This document shows, one piece after another, positions 1 through 10,676 of a DNA stretch of 64,000 nucleotides. The stretch covers positions 256,001 to 320,000 of the forward strand of contig CAXXMU010000002.1 of assembly GCA_963667785.2 (NCBI GenBank). Direction: 5' to 3'. The position numbers and the translations under genes were made by a program. The stretch comes from Alphaproteobacteria bacterium (GTDB lineage: Bacteria; Pseudomonadota; Alphaproteobacteria; UBA828). Each line of letters opens with the position of its first letter. Position 1 is the first letter of the stretch. Below the pieces are notes generated by a model. That model did not search any database. It was not told where the DNA came from and was given only the letters and a program-made list of their open reading frames with translations.

Positions 1-142
1 TGACCAGGTTCTCCGACGCGATCAGCTCGATCCCGTCCTGCTGGCGCTCCAGCTCGCCCGCGAGTGCCGCATGGACCTCCGGGTCGGCGGCGAACAGGCG
101 GTCGAGGAAGTAGCCCGGCTCGAGCGCCGGGGAGTCTTTCAT
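1..142 (-). CDS. glyA: serine hydroxymethyltransferase, N-terminal part (runs off the window's left edge)
   Basis: Manual translation from ATG at 142: MKDSPALEPGYFLDRLFAADPEVHAALAGELERQQDGIELIASENLV. ELIASEN is the SHMT signature. Start overlaps the upstream stop (ATGA). Not in the ORF track. Confidence 0.9.
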   Translation of the reverse strand, partial: MKDSPALEPGYFLDRLFAADPEVHAALAGELERQQDGIELIASENLV

Positions 143-927
143 TGCGCCGCCGCCGGCTCGAGCAGGCAGTCGTCGGCGAGCGGCACCACCGGGGTGAAGT
201 CGGTGTGATGCTTGTGCTCGGGCCGGGCGAACGCGGTCTGGGCGTTGGCGACGGGGTTGAGGATGAGCGAGAAGATGGCGCGGTCCCAGGGCGACATGTT
301 GCCGGGCGAGCCGTGCACCATCAGGTCGCCGAAGATGAGCGCGGTGCCGGGGGGGCCGAGCGCGGGCCGGATGCTGCCTTCCGCGATCAGGTCCGTCACC
401 GTCTCGCGGTCCACCACCCAGAGCGGATAGCTCGTGCTCGCGGTGTCGTGGAAGGTGGGCAGCGGCGCGTGCCGCTGCGAGCCGGGGATGAAGTAGAGCG
501 GGCCGTTGTAGTGGCTCACCTCGTCCAGCAGGATGTGCAGGTTGAGCGCCTGCGGCGCCGGCACGCCGTCGTCCCGGTGGTGGGTGGCGAAGTCGTAGTG
601 CCACTGCCAGACGTCGCCCTCGAAGGCGGCCTTCACGTTGACCTTCACCTGCTGGATGTAGAGATCGGGGCCTGCGATCTGCTGCGCCGGTCCGACCAGG
701 CGCGGATGGCGCGCGAGGCGGGCGAAGAGCTCGCTGCGCTGGTGCAACCCCATGACCGTGCGGGGTACGCCGCCGGTCTTCTCGGCGACGTTGGCCTCGC
801 TCTCCTCCTCGAAGAGCGGCGGCAGGGCGGCGCGTATCGCCGCCACCTCGGCCGCGGAGAAGAGGCCGGGAAGGATTAGCAGGCCGTCCCGTTGGAAGGC
901 CTCGAGATGCGCGCTGTCGAGCTTCAC
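139..927 (-). CDS. PhyH-family Fe(II)/2-oxoglutarate dioxygenase (EctD/proline-hydroxylase-like)
   Basis: C-terminal part of ORF 139..1479, GTG start at 927. Motifs WQWHYDF (HxD), GPLYFIPGS, MVHGSPGNMS..R. Confidence 0.85.
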   Translation of the reverse strand: MKLDSAHLEAFQRDGLLILPGLFSAAEVAAIRAALPPLFEEESEANVAEKTGGVPRTVMGLHQRSELFARLARHPRLVGPAQQIAGPDLYIQQVKVNVKAAFEGDVWQWHYDFATHHRDDGVPAPQALNLHILLDEVSHYNGPLYFIPGSQRHAPLPTFHDTASTSYPLWVVDRETVTDLIAEGSIRPALGPPGTALIFGDLMVHGSPGNMSPWDRAIFSLILNPVANAQTAFARPEHKHHTDFTPVVPLADDCLLEPAAAQ

Positions 928-1037
928 GGGGCCCGCCTCAGCCGACGCCTGCAGAGTGCCTGCCGGAACGCCGGAGGGCCGGCACCCTCCCGCGCGAGGC
1001 GGGGAGGGCCCGGCCCCCGCGACGGTGCGCGGCCGGC

Positions 1038-2336
1038 CTACTCGGCGGCGGCCGGCGTCGCGCTGCGCCGGCGCTTGGCCAGCGCGATCTCGTTGGGCGC
1101 GCGGTGGTAGGCGCCGTCCTTCATGATCATGAGCAGGTTGTCGGTATCCTGCATGATCGAGACGTCCTTGGTCGGGTCGCCATCGACCAGCAGCAGGTCG
1201 GCCAGATAGCCCTCCTTGACCATGCCCACGTTCATGTCCATGAGCTCGCCGGCCCACTTGGTGGCGCCGATCAGCGCCTCGGCCGGCGAGTAGCCGAACA
1301 GGTTGACGAAGTGCTCCATGTCGCGGGCGTTGGCGCCGATGGGGTTCCAGGCGAAGCCGTAGTCGCCGCCCGGCATGGCCCGGATGCCGCGCTTGCGCAC
1401 CTCCTTGTAGGTGCGGACCGTGTGCTCCATCTTGTAGAACATGTTGTAGCTCTCGGCGACCTCGCGGGTGATGCCCCACTCGGCGGCCTCGTGCGCGAAC
1501 GTGTAGACGATGCCGACGGCCGGCGCGAGGTAGACGTCCTTCTTCTTGGCCTCCAGCATGTCGAGCGTCTTATTCGTCGCGTAGTCGGCGTGGTAGATGA
1601 TGTTGATGCCGTGCTTGAGCGCGAGCCGCACCGCCTTGTCGGCGCGCGCGTGGGTGATGAGGTTGACGTCGGCCTCGCGCGCGACCTCGGCCGCGGCGGC
1701 CACCTCGGCATCGAAGTAGGTGATCTTCTCGGACTGCCCGGGCTGGCAGAATTCGTCGCCCGAGATGTTGATCTTCAGGTTGTCCACGCCCTCGCGCACG
1801 CAGAGGCGGCAGGCCTTGCGCACCTCGTCCGCGCCGTCGGCGATGTAGCCCACCGATTCCGCGTGCATGTGCCACATGCGCTCGTCGCCGAGCCCGCCCG
1901 AGGAGACGATCTCGGGCGAGGCCGCCTTGATGCGCGGGCCCGGATAGCGCCCGGCATTGATCACGTCGCGCAGCACCGGCTCGATGCGGAGCTTGCTGTA
2001 GCCGACGCCGGCGGCCGAGAAGAGGCTGGTGAAGCCGTGGTCGAGCATGGTGCGCGCATTGTCGAGCGCGAGCACCATGTGCTCCTCGGGCGAGAGGCGC
2101 CCGATCTCCGGCAGGGTCGTGCTGTCGATGTAGCAGACATGGGAGTGGGGCTCGACGAGGCCCGGCATCAGCGTGGCGCCTGCGCCGTCCACCACTGTCG
2201 CCCCGTTTGCCCTGATCTTGCCCTTGCCGCGCGCGACCTTCTTGATGAGGTTGCCCTGGAGCAACACCTCGCCCGCGAAGGTGCGCTTGGCGTTGCCGTC
2301 GAAAATCGTGACATTCTTGAAGAGCGTCTGTGCCAT
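1038..2336 (-). CDS. metal-dependent amidohydrolase (Xaa-Pro dipeptidase-like subgroup)
   Basis: MAQTLFKNVTIFDG..., LMPGLVEPHSH (HxH), KINISG, THAR, GGDYGF, G.LADLLLVDGDP. RBS GGAGG upstream. Confidence 0.88.
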   Translation of the reverse strand: MAQTLFKNVTIFDGNAKRTFAGEVLLQGNLIKKVARGKGKIRANGATVVDGAGATLMPGLVEPHSHVCYIDSTTLPEIGRLSPEEHMVLALDNARTMLDHGFTSLFSAAGVGYSKLRIEPVLRDVINAGRYPGPRIKAASPEIVSSGGLGDERMWHMHAESVGYIADGADEVRKACRLCVREGVDNLKINISGDEFCQPGQSEKITYFDAEVAAAAEVAREADVNLITHARADKAVRLALKHGINIIYHADYATNKTLDMLEAKKKDVYLAPAVGIVYTFAHEAAEWGITREVAESYNMFYKMEHTVRTYKEVRKRGIRAMPGGDYGFAWNPIGANARDMEHFVNLFGYSPAEALIGATKWAGELMDMNVGMVKEGYLADLLLVDGDPTKDVSIMQDTDNLLMIMKDGAYHRAPNEIALAKRRRSATPAAAE

Positions 2337-2560
2337 CGTCTCTGCCTCCGCCTCGGGCCTGCGCAGCCAGGGTCTCGGGGGCGCAGCCTCAAGGCTCGTT
2401 CGCCGCGCCGCTACGGGCGACGCACGCCGCTGCGTGCAGCTTATGCCTCCGCCACCCGCCTCGCAATCGCAAACCGGCATGGCGCGGCCGGTTCCCCCTG
2501 TAGCGGCACAGGGGCATACTGCCGGCCGCGCGCTGGGGGCGCTGAGGGAGGGTGCAGGAC

Positions 2561-3199
2561 ATGCTGGTCGTCTGGGGCCGCAAGAACTCGATCAACGTGC
2601 AAAAGGTGATGTGGACCGCGGGGGAGCTGGGCCTGGCTCACGAGCGTCACGACGTGGGTGGTCCCTTCGGCGGGCTCGACACGGCGGACTACGGCGCGCT
2701 CAACCCCAACCGGCGCATCCCCACCATCGTGGACGGCGACGGCCCCGCTATCTGGGAATCGCACAGTTGCGTCCGCTACCTCGCCGCGCGCTACGGCGCC
2801 GGCACCCTCTGGCCCGAGGACCCGGCGGCCCGCGCCCTTGCCGACCGCTGGCTCGACTGGATGCAGACCACGCTGCTGCCGAACCTCGCGCCGGTCTTCA
2901 TCGGGCTGATCCGCACGCCCGCCGAGGAGCGCGACACGGCGCGGATCGAGCGCAGCGCGCGGGCCATGGGCGAGACTTGGCGCATTCTCGATGCCCACCT
3001 GGAAGGTCGGCAGTTCGTCGCGGCCGATGCGCTCACCATGGGCGACATCGCCGTCGGCGCCGCCTGCTACCGCTACCACGCGCTGGACGTCGAGGGGCTG
3101 GGCGTGGAGCGCCCGGCGCTGCCTCATGTCGCGGCCTGGTACGCACGGCTCAAGGAGCGCGCGCCCTTCCGCACCCACGTGATGATCCCGCTGAGCTAG
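2561..3199 (+). CDS. glutathione S-transferase (GstB/YliJ-like)
   Basis: VWGRKNSINVQKV, LNPNRRIPTIVDGD, IWESHSCVRYLA. RBS GGAGG upstream. Confidence 0.9.
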   Translation: MLVVWGRKNSINVQKVMWTAGELGLAHERHDVGGPFGGLDTADYGALNPNRRIPTIVDGDGPAIWESHSCVRYLAARYGAGTLWPEDPAARALADRWLDWMQTTLLPNLAPVFIGLIRTPAEERDTARIERSARAMGETWRILDAHLEGRQFVAADALTMGDIAVGAACYRYHALDVEGLGVERPALPHVAAWYARLKERAPFRTHVMIPLS

Positions 3200-3222
3200 C
3201 TTGTTATTTAGGAGGGACTGGT

Positions 3223-4272
3223 ATGGCAAACGCTGAACAAAGCCAAAGGCTTTTGGATACTTGTTCTCAAATACTTGAGTTGAAGAACCACAGGGGCAAA
3301 TACTATGAGAGATCAGAATGGGGTGCAATGTCATTTGTTCAAATTAAACCGCAATTGGAGTCTGTTTTTTGGTCAGTAGAGGAGCTAATGTCATTGCCAG
3401 AGGAACACATTCTCATAGCTCCAGGCAATATCGTTGATAGTGTGGTAACACGATTAAACGGAATTGTGGAGAATTTGCAGCAAATAGACAACTTTACCAT
3501 ATCGCAGGACAACGCGCCGACAATACATAACCAGCTGACCGATTCATTGAGAAGTAATGCTGAAAAACTATTAGGCCTTCTCACTCCCTGGATACCTTTC
3601 TTGGCAATGCGAGGTCAGGAGGGTGGGCGCTTACTAGAAGAGATGCGGAAGGCCAACACCCGAGTAAATCAAGTGCTGGAAGAAACTAACGAGTATGTTG
3701 ACAGTACAAGACGAAAAATAGATTCGGCGTTGCGAGCTGCGCGTGAAGAGTCAAGTAGAGCTGGAGCATCGCAGTTCACGATGCAGTTCCGGGACGAGGC
3801 AGACAATGCACGAATCCGCAGCTTCTTATGGCTGGCACCGACAGGAGTATTTGCGGTGGCAGCACTTGTATTGTCACTTATCTTCATGCTGGGATTGTTC
3901 GTGGGAACTCCGGAAAGTGCTTTAGAATTAGCTTATGGAATTGGTGGGCGCGTAATAGGAATCTCTGTTCTGTTTTATGCTGCGATTTGGTCAGGAAGGA
4001 TAGCCCTTGCCAATATGCACCTAACTAGCGTCAATAGACACCGCGCTATTAGCCTTGAGACACTTCAGGCATTTCAGCATGCGGTCGGCGATCCTGCTGC
4101 TAGAGATGCAGTGGTATTGGAGGCCGCCCGTGCTGTCTACGAAAACGTACCTAGCGGCTATATTGGCCGACAAGCAGGTGAACATAGCGGCGGTGGGCGC
4201 ATTTTGGAGCTCATTCGAAGCACGAGACCACAAGCGGGGCAACAGGCAGCTGCTACCCCACCGCAGCAATAA
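3223..4272 (+). CDS. hypothetical coiled-coil protein with two C-terminal transmembrane helices, low GC, probably horizontally acquired
   Basis: AGGAGG RBS then ATG at 3223, 349 aa. AT-rich codons (25/60 G+C at 3241-3300) against about 70% flanks. Two hydrophobic stretches: FLWLAPTGVFAVAALVLSLIFMLGLFV and VIGISVLFYAAIW. Confidence 0.8.
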   Translation: MANAEQSQRLLDTCSQILELKNHRGKYYERSEWGAMSFVQIKPQLESVFWSVEELMSLPEEHILIAPGNIVDSVVTRLNGIVENLQQIDNFTISQDNAPTIHNQLTDSLRSNAEKLLGLLTPWIPFLAMRGQEGGRLLEEMRKANTRVNQVLEETNEYVDSTRRKIDSALRAAREESSRAGASQFTMQFRDEADNARIRSFLWLAPTGVFAVAALVLSLIFMLGLFVGTPESALELAYGIGGRVIGISVLFYAAIWSGRIALANMHLTSVNRHRAISLETLQAFQHAVGDPAARDAVVLEAARAVYENVPSGYIGRQAGEHSGGGRILELIRSTRPQAGQQAAATPPQQ

Positions 4273-4288
4273 TCGGTGCCGGGATCGC

Positions 4289-4753
4289 CTAAGCCTCGGC
4301 CCAGCCGTCCTTGTGGGCGCAGAAGGCCTTTACGTCGAACACCGTATGCGCGAAGAGCCAGCGGCCGTCGCGCTTCACCAGGCGGTCGTCGTAGGAGGCG
4401 ATGATCCAGCGCGCCTCGTCCCGGCCCTCGTCGTTCAGCGCCGTGCACGGCATGAGCAGCCACCACTGGCCGCGCGCGGTGTCGCCGTCCACGTCGATGA
4501 TCTCGTTCAGCGCCAGATGGGCGGCGAAGCTGATCTGCCTGCCGACTTCGCGCACCATGTTGCCGAAGGCCTCGGCGCCTTCCTGCCGGCCGAAGGCCTC
4601 GCCGCCGTCCCAGACCGCATCCGGCGTCATCAGCGTCACGATGCCGTCGGCGTCGTAGCCGGCATCGGCATAGGCCATGTAGCGGTGCTTGAGGCGACGG
4701 ATCGCCTCGATGTCCTCGAGTCGCTGGACGCGCTCTTCCAGTGTGGCGTTCAT
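4289..4753 (-). CDS. SnoaL/NTF2-like protein (BaiE/LinA-like)
   Basis: MNATLEERVQRLEDIEAIRRLKHRYMAYAD..., FAAHLALNEIIDVDGDTARGQW, YDDRLVKRDGRWLF. Confidence 0.85.
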   Translation of the reverse strand: MNATLEERVQRLEDIEAIRRLKHRYMAYADAGYDADGIVTLMTPDAVWDGGEAFGRQEGAEAFGNMVREVGRQISFAAHLALNEIIDVDGDTARGQWWLLMPCTALNDEGRDEARWIIASYDDRLVKRDGRWLFAHTVFDVKAFCAHKDGWAEA

Positions 4754-4755
4754 GG

Positions 4756-5226
4756 TCAGCCCTCCACCCAGCCGTCCTTGTGCGGCTTTATGAAGTGAGT
4801 GTCTATGGTCAGCGTCTCGTAGAGCCAGGTGCCGCCCTGCCGGACGTAGCGGTCCTCGTATTCGCCGAGGAGCCAGACCGCCGTCTTCACGCCGTCCATC
4901 ACGATGGTCGCCGGCATGATGATCCACCAGTGCCCCTGCGCGGTGCCGTTCTCCACGTCCACGTCGATCCGCTCGTTCATCACCAGGTGGCCGGCGAAGA
5001 CGATCTCCGAGGAGACGCGAGTGAAGTGGGCATGGATCGCCGCGCGGCCCTCGTGGCGGCCGAAGTCGTCGCCGCCATCCCAGACGCCGTCCTCGACGAA
5101 CTGCGCGGCGATGCCGTCGGCGTCGTAGCCGTCATCGCAGTAGGCGCAGTACTGGTGCTTCAGCCGCTTGATGGCCTCGATGGATTCGAGTGTCTCGACG
5201 CGACGTTCGAGTTCGCTCAGCGCCAT
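4756..5226 (-). CDS. SnoaL/NTF2-like protein (BaiE/LinA-like), paralogue of the neighbour
   Basis: LESIEAIKRLKHQYCAYCDDG, FAGHLVMNERI, YEDRYVRQGGTW. Shares the C-terminal HKDGW with 4289..4753. Confidence 0.85.
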   Translation of the reverse strand: MALSELERRVETLESIEAIKRLKHQYCAYCDDGYDADGIAAQFVEDGVWDGGDDFGRHEGRAAIHAHFTRVSSEIVFAGHLVMNERIDVDVENGTAQGHWWIIMPATIVMDGVKTAVWLLGEYEDRYVRQGGTWLYETLTIDTHFIKPHKDGWVEG

Positions 5227-5260
5227 GGTGCTCTCCCTTCCCTGTCTCTGCCGCCGCCCG

Positions 5261-7107
5261 TCATCGCTCGAGCGCCTCGGCCTTCTTCGGGTCGACCCAC
5301 CAGGTATCCAGCACGGTGCCGTAGACGGGGATCGCCTCGGGCCGGCCGAACTTGTCCCAGTAGGCGTAGCGGTCGTCGTTCAGGTGGTAGAGGGGGACCA
5401 TGTAGTGCCCCCACATCAGCACGCGATCCATGGCGCGGACGGCATCGGCGAAATCCCCGCGTTCGCGCGCCTGGGTCATGCGGGCGATGAGCTCGTCCAC
5501 CACCGGGTCCCTGATCCCTGGATAGTTGCGCGTCCCCTCCTGATCCGCCGCGTCCGCACCCCAGTAGAAGGCCTGCTCGTTGCCCGGCGAGAGCGACATG
5601 CCCCAGCGGTAGATGAGCATGTCGAAGTCGTAGACGTTGCGCCGGTACTGGTACTGCGCCGTGTCCACGGTGCGGACCTTGGCCTGGACTCCGAGGCGCT
5701 CGAGATTGCGGGCGAAGGCGAGGGCGATCTTCTCGTTGCCCGGGTTCACCAGCAGGATCTCGAAGGCGAGCGGCAGGCCGTCCGCTTCCCGCCGCAGCAC
5801 GCCATCCTCGACGCGCCATCCGGCCTCGGCCAGCAGGCGCCTGGCCTGCGCCAGGTTCCTGCGCAGGCCGCCCTCCACGGCGGGCGCGTGGTAGGGGGTG
5901 TCGAACAGCTCGGGCGGCAGCCTGTCTCGGTGAGGCTCCAGCAGGGCGAGCTCGCCGCTTTTCGGCAGGCCGCGGAAGCCGAGCTCGGAGTTGTCGAAGA
6001 TGGCGTTGGTGCGGACGTAGGCGCCCTGCAGCAGCGCCCTGTTGACCCACTCGAAGTCGAACGCGAGGGAGAGCGCGTAGCGCACCGCGCGCTCGGCGAA
6101 GACCGGCCGCCGGGTGTTGTAGGCCAGCGCGAACATGCCCGACGGCCGCCCGTGCGGGAGCTGCTCCAGCCTGACGCGGCCGTCTTCCACCGCCGGGAAG
6201 TCGTAGCCGGTGGCCCAGCGGGTCGCCGAGCGTTCCAGGCGCAGGTCGTACTCGCCCGCGCGGAAGGCCTCCAGCATCACCTCGTCGTCGCGGTAATAGT
6301 CGTAGGAGATGCGGTCGATATTGTGCTGCCCGCGGTTGATCGGCAGGTCCCTGCCCCAATAGTCGGGGTCGCGGCGGTAGACGATGCCGCGGCCGGCATC
6401 GACGCGCTCGATACGGTAGGGGCCGCTGCCGAGCGGGGGCGTCAGCGTCGTCTCGTCGAAGGTGACGGACGAGTAGTAGGCCTTGGACAGGATCGGCATC
6501 AGCCCCAGGATGAGCGGCAGCTCGCGGTCCGGCTCCTCGGCGTCGAAGACGAAGCGCACCGTGCGCGCGTCGGGCCGCTCGATCTCGACGACCTTGTTGT
6601 AGTAGAGCCGGTGGTTGGGCCTGCCCTGCTCCTTCAGCGTCTCCCACGAGAAGATGACGTCGTCCACGGTGATCGGGCTGCCGTCGTGGAAGCGGGCCTC
6701 CGGCCGCAGCGTGAAGGCGATGGACGAGCGGTCGTCCGGCACGTCGATCGATTCGGCGATCAGGCCGTAGAGCGAGAAGGGCTCGTCCCAGGTGCGCTTG
6801 AGCAGGCTCTCGAAGACCAGGTGCCGGCCGTGCGCCACCACGCCCTTGATGATGAAGGGGTTGAGGTTGTCGAAGGTGCCGGTGGATGCGCGCCGCATCT
6901 CGCCGCCCTCGGGCGCGTCGGGATTGACGTAGTCGAGATGCGCGAAGCCGGGGGCGTACTTTGGCTGCCCGTGCATGGCGATGCCGTGGGCAGGCGCCGC
7001 CATGGGCCGGGCGCTTCCCAGCGCGAGCGCCGCAAGCACCGCAAGCGCGACCAGCGCCGCCGCCGCAAGCGCCGTTCCGGCCGTTCGCCGGCCCCGGCTC
7101 CTCCCCA

Positions 7108-7108
<1 letters not shown>
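5261..7108 (-). CDS. family 5 ABC substrate-binding protein, YejA-like
   Basis: Signal peptide, then HGIAMHGQPKY..F.HLDYVNPDAPEGG, GTFDNLNPFIIKG, SLSPGNEQAFYWG. Start overlaps the frmA stop (TGATG). Confidence 0.88.
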
Positions 7109-8217
<1,109 letters not shown>

Positions 8218-8297
8218 GGCGCCCTCCTCATGTCGATTCGGCAACGGCGGCTACTGTCTCACCGGGCATGGACGCCGGCAAGACTCTGGGCTGCAAA

Positions 8298-9968
8298 TCA
8301 GCGCTGCCGGGTCTCCCAGTCGGGGTGGATCCAGGGCACGTCGTTCGCCGGCGGCGGCGGGGTGCGGCCGAGGATGTGATCGGCGCCCTTCTCGCCCACC
8401 ATGATGGACGGCCCGTTGAGGTTGCCGTTGGTGATGTGGGGGAAGATCGAGCTGTCGACGACCCGGAGCCCCTCCGTGCCGATTACCCGGCAGGCATCGT
8501 CCACCACGGCGTCGGCGTCGTCGGCCGCGCCCATGCGGCAGGTGCCGCAGGGATGATAGGCGCTCTCCACCGCGCCCCGCACGAACTCGTCGATCGCCTC
8601 ATCGCTCTGGACCGCCGGCCCCGGCGCGATCTCGTCGCCCGCGTAGTCCGCGAGCGCCGGCTGGGAGAGAATCTCCCGCGTGAGTCGGATGCAGGCCCGG
8701 AAGTTCCGCCAGTCGTCCTCGTGCGACATGTAGTTGAAGAGGATCGAGGGTGCTGCGCCGGGCTCCGGCGAGGCGAGCCGCACGCGGCCGCGCGACTTCG
8801 AGCGCATTGGCCCGACGTGGGTCTGGAAGCCGTGTCCGCCTGCCGCCGCCTTGCCGTCGTAGCGCACCGCGAACGGCAGGAAGTGGTACTGGATGTCGGG
8901 ATACTTCACCCCTGCGCGGGAGCGGATGAAGGCGCAGGATTCGAAGTGGTTGGTGGCGCCGAGGCCGTTCTTGAGGGTGAGCCAGCGCGCGCCGATGAGC
9001 GCCTTCGACAAGAGGTTCCAGTGGCGGTAGAGGGTGATGGGCCGCCGGCACTTCATCTGGAAGTAGATCTCCAGATGGTCCTGGAGGTTGCCGCCGACGC
9101 CGGGCCGGTCGGCGACGACGTCGATGCCGTGCTCCTGCAGGTGCCCGGCCGGGCCAATGCCTGACAGCATCAGCAGCTTCGGCGAGTTGATCGAGGAGGC
9201 GGCGAGAACCACCTCGCGCTCGGCGCGGACGCGGCGGATCGCGCCGCCGCTCTCGTACTCGACGCCCGCCGCCCGTCGCCCCTCCATGACGACGCGGCGC
9301 ACGTGCGCGCGCGCCCTGAGCGCCAGGTTGCGGCGCTGCAGCGCCGGCCTCAGATAGGCGTTGGCGGCCGACCAGCGGCGGCCCTGCCACACGGTCATCT
9401 CCATCGCGCCGAAGCCTTCCTGGCGCTCGCCGTTGTAATCCTCCGTCCGTGCGTATCCGGCCTGCGCGCCGGCCTCGACGAAGCCCGCGTAGAGCGGGTT
9501 CTCCATGGCCCCGCGGGTGACGTGCAGCGGGCCGGCGCTGCCGCGCCAGCCGTCCTGCCCGCCATGGGCGTGCTCCATGCGCCGGTAGTACGGGAGCACG
9601 TGGCGGTAGCCCCAGCCCGCCGCGCCCAGCGCCTCCCACCTGTCGAAGTCGCAGGCGTGGCCGCGCACGTAGACCATGCCGTTGATCGAGGACGAGCCGC
9701 CGATCACCTTGCCGCGCGGCGTCGCCAGCCGGCGCCCGCCGAGATGGGGCTCGGGCTCGGTCTCGAAGCCCCAGTCGTAGCGGGGCATGTTCATGGGGTA
9801 GGAGAGGGCGGCCGGCATCTGGATGAGAGGGCCGGCGTCGGTCCCGCCGTGCTCCAGCACCAGCACCCGGTTTGAGGGATCCTCGGAGAGGCGCGCGGCG
9901 AGCACGCAGCCGGCCGATCCCGATCCCACGATCACATAGTCGACTGTGTCGTCGAACCGGTCGGGCAT
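8298..9968 (-). CDS. betA: choline dehydrogenase (GMC oxidoreductase)
   Basis: [67 protein letters not shown]. Directly downstream of betI. Alternative GTG start at 9977. Confidence 0.95.
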   Translation of the reverse strand: MPDRFDDTVDYVIVGSGSAGCVLAARLSEDPSNRVLVLEHGGTDAGPLIQMPAALSYPMNMPRYDWGFETEPEPHLGGRRLATPRGKVIGGSSSINGMVYVRGHACDFDRWEALGAAGWGYRHVLPYYRRMEHAHGGQDGWRGSAGPLHVTRGAMENPLYAGFVEAGAQAGYARTEDYNGERQEGFGAMEMTVWQGRRWSAANAYLRPALQRRNLALRARAHVRRVVMEGRRAAGVEYESGGAIRRVRAEREVVLAASSINSPKLLMLSGIGPAGHLQEHGIDVVADRPGVGGNLQDHLEIYFQMKCRRPITLYRHWNLLSKALIGARWLTLKNGLGATNHFESCAFIRSRAGVKYPDIQYHFLPFAVRYDGKAAAGGHGFQTHVGPMRSKSRGRVRLASPEPGAAPSILFNYMSHEDDWRNFRACIRLTREILSQPALADYAGDEIAPGPAVQSDEAIDEFVRGAVESAYHPCGTCRMGAADDADAVVDDACRVIGTEGLRVVDSSIFPHITNGNLNGPSIMVGEKGADHILGRTPPPPANDVPWIHPDWETRQR

Positions 9969-9992
9969 CGAGCTCACGCGCCGCCCCGCCGC

Positions 9993-10574
9993 TCAGCGCG
10001 GCTCGATCTGGCTGTCGATGTGCGCTTCCATGATGGCGATCGCGCTCTCGCCGCAGGGCTGCTCGTCGCCGAGGACCCGGCGCAGCCACAGCCCGTCGAT
10101 CATGGCGGCGGTGGATTCGGCGGCGACGTCCGCCGATTCCCGCGTCGGCAGGCGCCGGTATTCGTGGCGCAGGTTGCTGATGAGTCGGCGCGCGTAGATG
10201 CGCAGCAGGCGGCGCACCTCGGGCTCGGTGTGGGCCTGCACGTAGAAGGTGAGCCAGGCGGAGATCACCTCCGGCCGGAGCTGGTCGTCGCAGAAGCTGC
10301 CGTCGACGATCGCCGACAGTCGCTCGCGCGGGGTCCGGGCCTCGCGCAGCCGCTCCCTGACGCCGGCGCCGAACTCGATGAGCAGGTGGCGCATGGTGGC
10401 GATGATGAGCGCGCTCTTGGAGCCGAAATAGTGATGCACCAGCCCCTGGGAGAGGCCGGCCTCGCGCGCCACGTCGCCCGTCGTCAGGTCGACGAATCCG
10501 CGGTCGTGGATGCTCCTGATGGCGGCCTCGACGAAGGCGCGCCGGCGTACGGGCGCCATTCCGGTCTTTGGCAT
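9993..10574 (-). CDS. betI: choline-responsive TetR-family repressor
   Basis: MPKTGMAPVRRRAFV..., HHYFGSK, AWLTFYVQA, RRLISNL, AAMIDGLWLR. Confidence 0.93.
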   Translation of the reverse strand: MPKTGMAPVRRRAFVEAAIRSIHDRGFVDLTTGDVAREAGLSQGLVHHYFGSKSALIIATMRHLLIEFGAGVRERLREARTPRERLSAIVDGSFCDDQLRPEVISAWLTFYVQAHTEPEVRRLLRIYARRLISNLRHEYRRLPTRESADVAAESTAAMIDGLWLRRVLGDEQPCGESAIAIMEAHIDSQIEPR

Positions 10575-10604
10575 CGGCGTCTCCTGTCGCCTCAATGAAT
10601 ATAT

Positions 10605-10624
10605 TTGGTTGGTTGACCAATCAA
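10605..10624. promoter_or_regulatory. putative BetI operator overlapping the -35 of the choX promoter
   Basis: Imperfect palindrome TTGGTTGG-TTGA-CCAATCAA in the AT-rich gap between divergent betI and choX. Contains TTGACC (10613-10618), followed after 17 nt by GAGACT. Confidence 0.75.
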
Positions 10625-10676
10625 GAAAAGATTGCGAGACTTGCGCGCGGACGCAGCGAGCGTGAGGGAGGGTTCA

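Noticed and set aside
973-1008. Alternative GGAGGG/CCCTCC hairpins between the amidohydrolase and PhyH as a riboswitch or attenuator
   Set aside because: Short GC-rich stems are expected by chance at this composition. No aptamer motif or U-tract is present.
928-1479. Upstream extension of the PhyH ORF, a possible frameshift fusion with the amidohydrolase
   Set aside because: The amidohydrolase ends normally at 1038. The extension is an off-frame shadow and I saw no slippery site.
2173-3222. N-terminal half of the 699-aa ORF, suggesting a long fusion protein
   Set aside because: It overlaps the amidohydrolase and the GST in other frames. The real start, with RBS and a composition shift, is at 3223.
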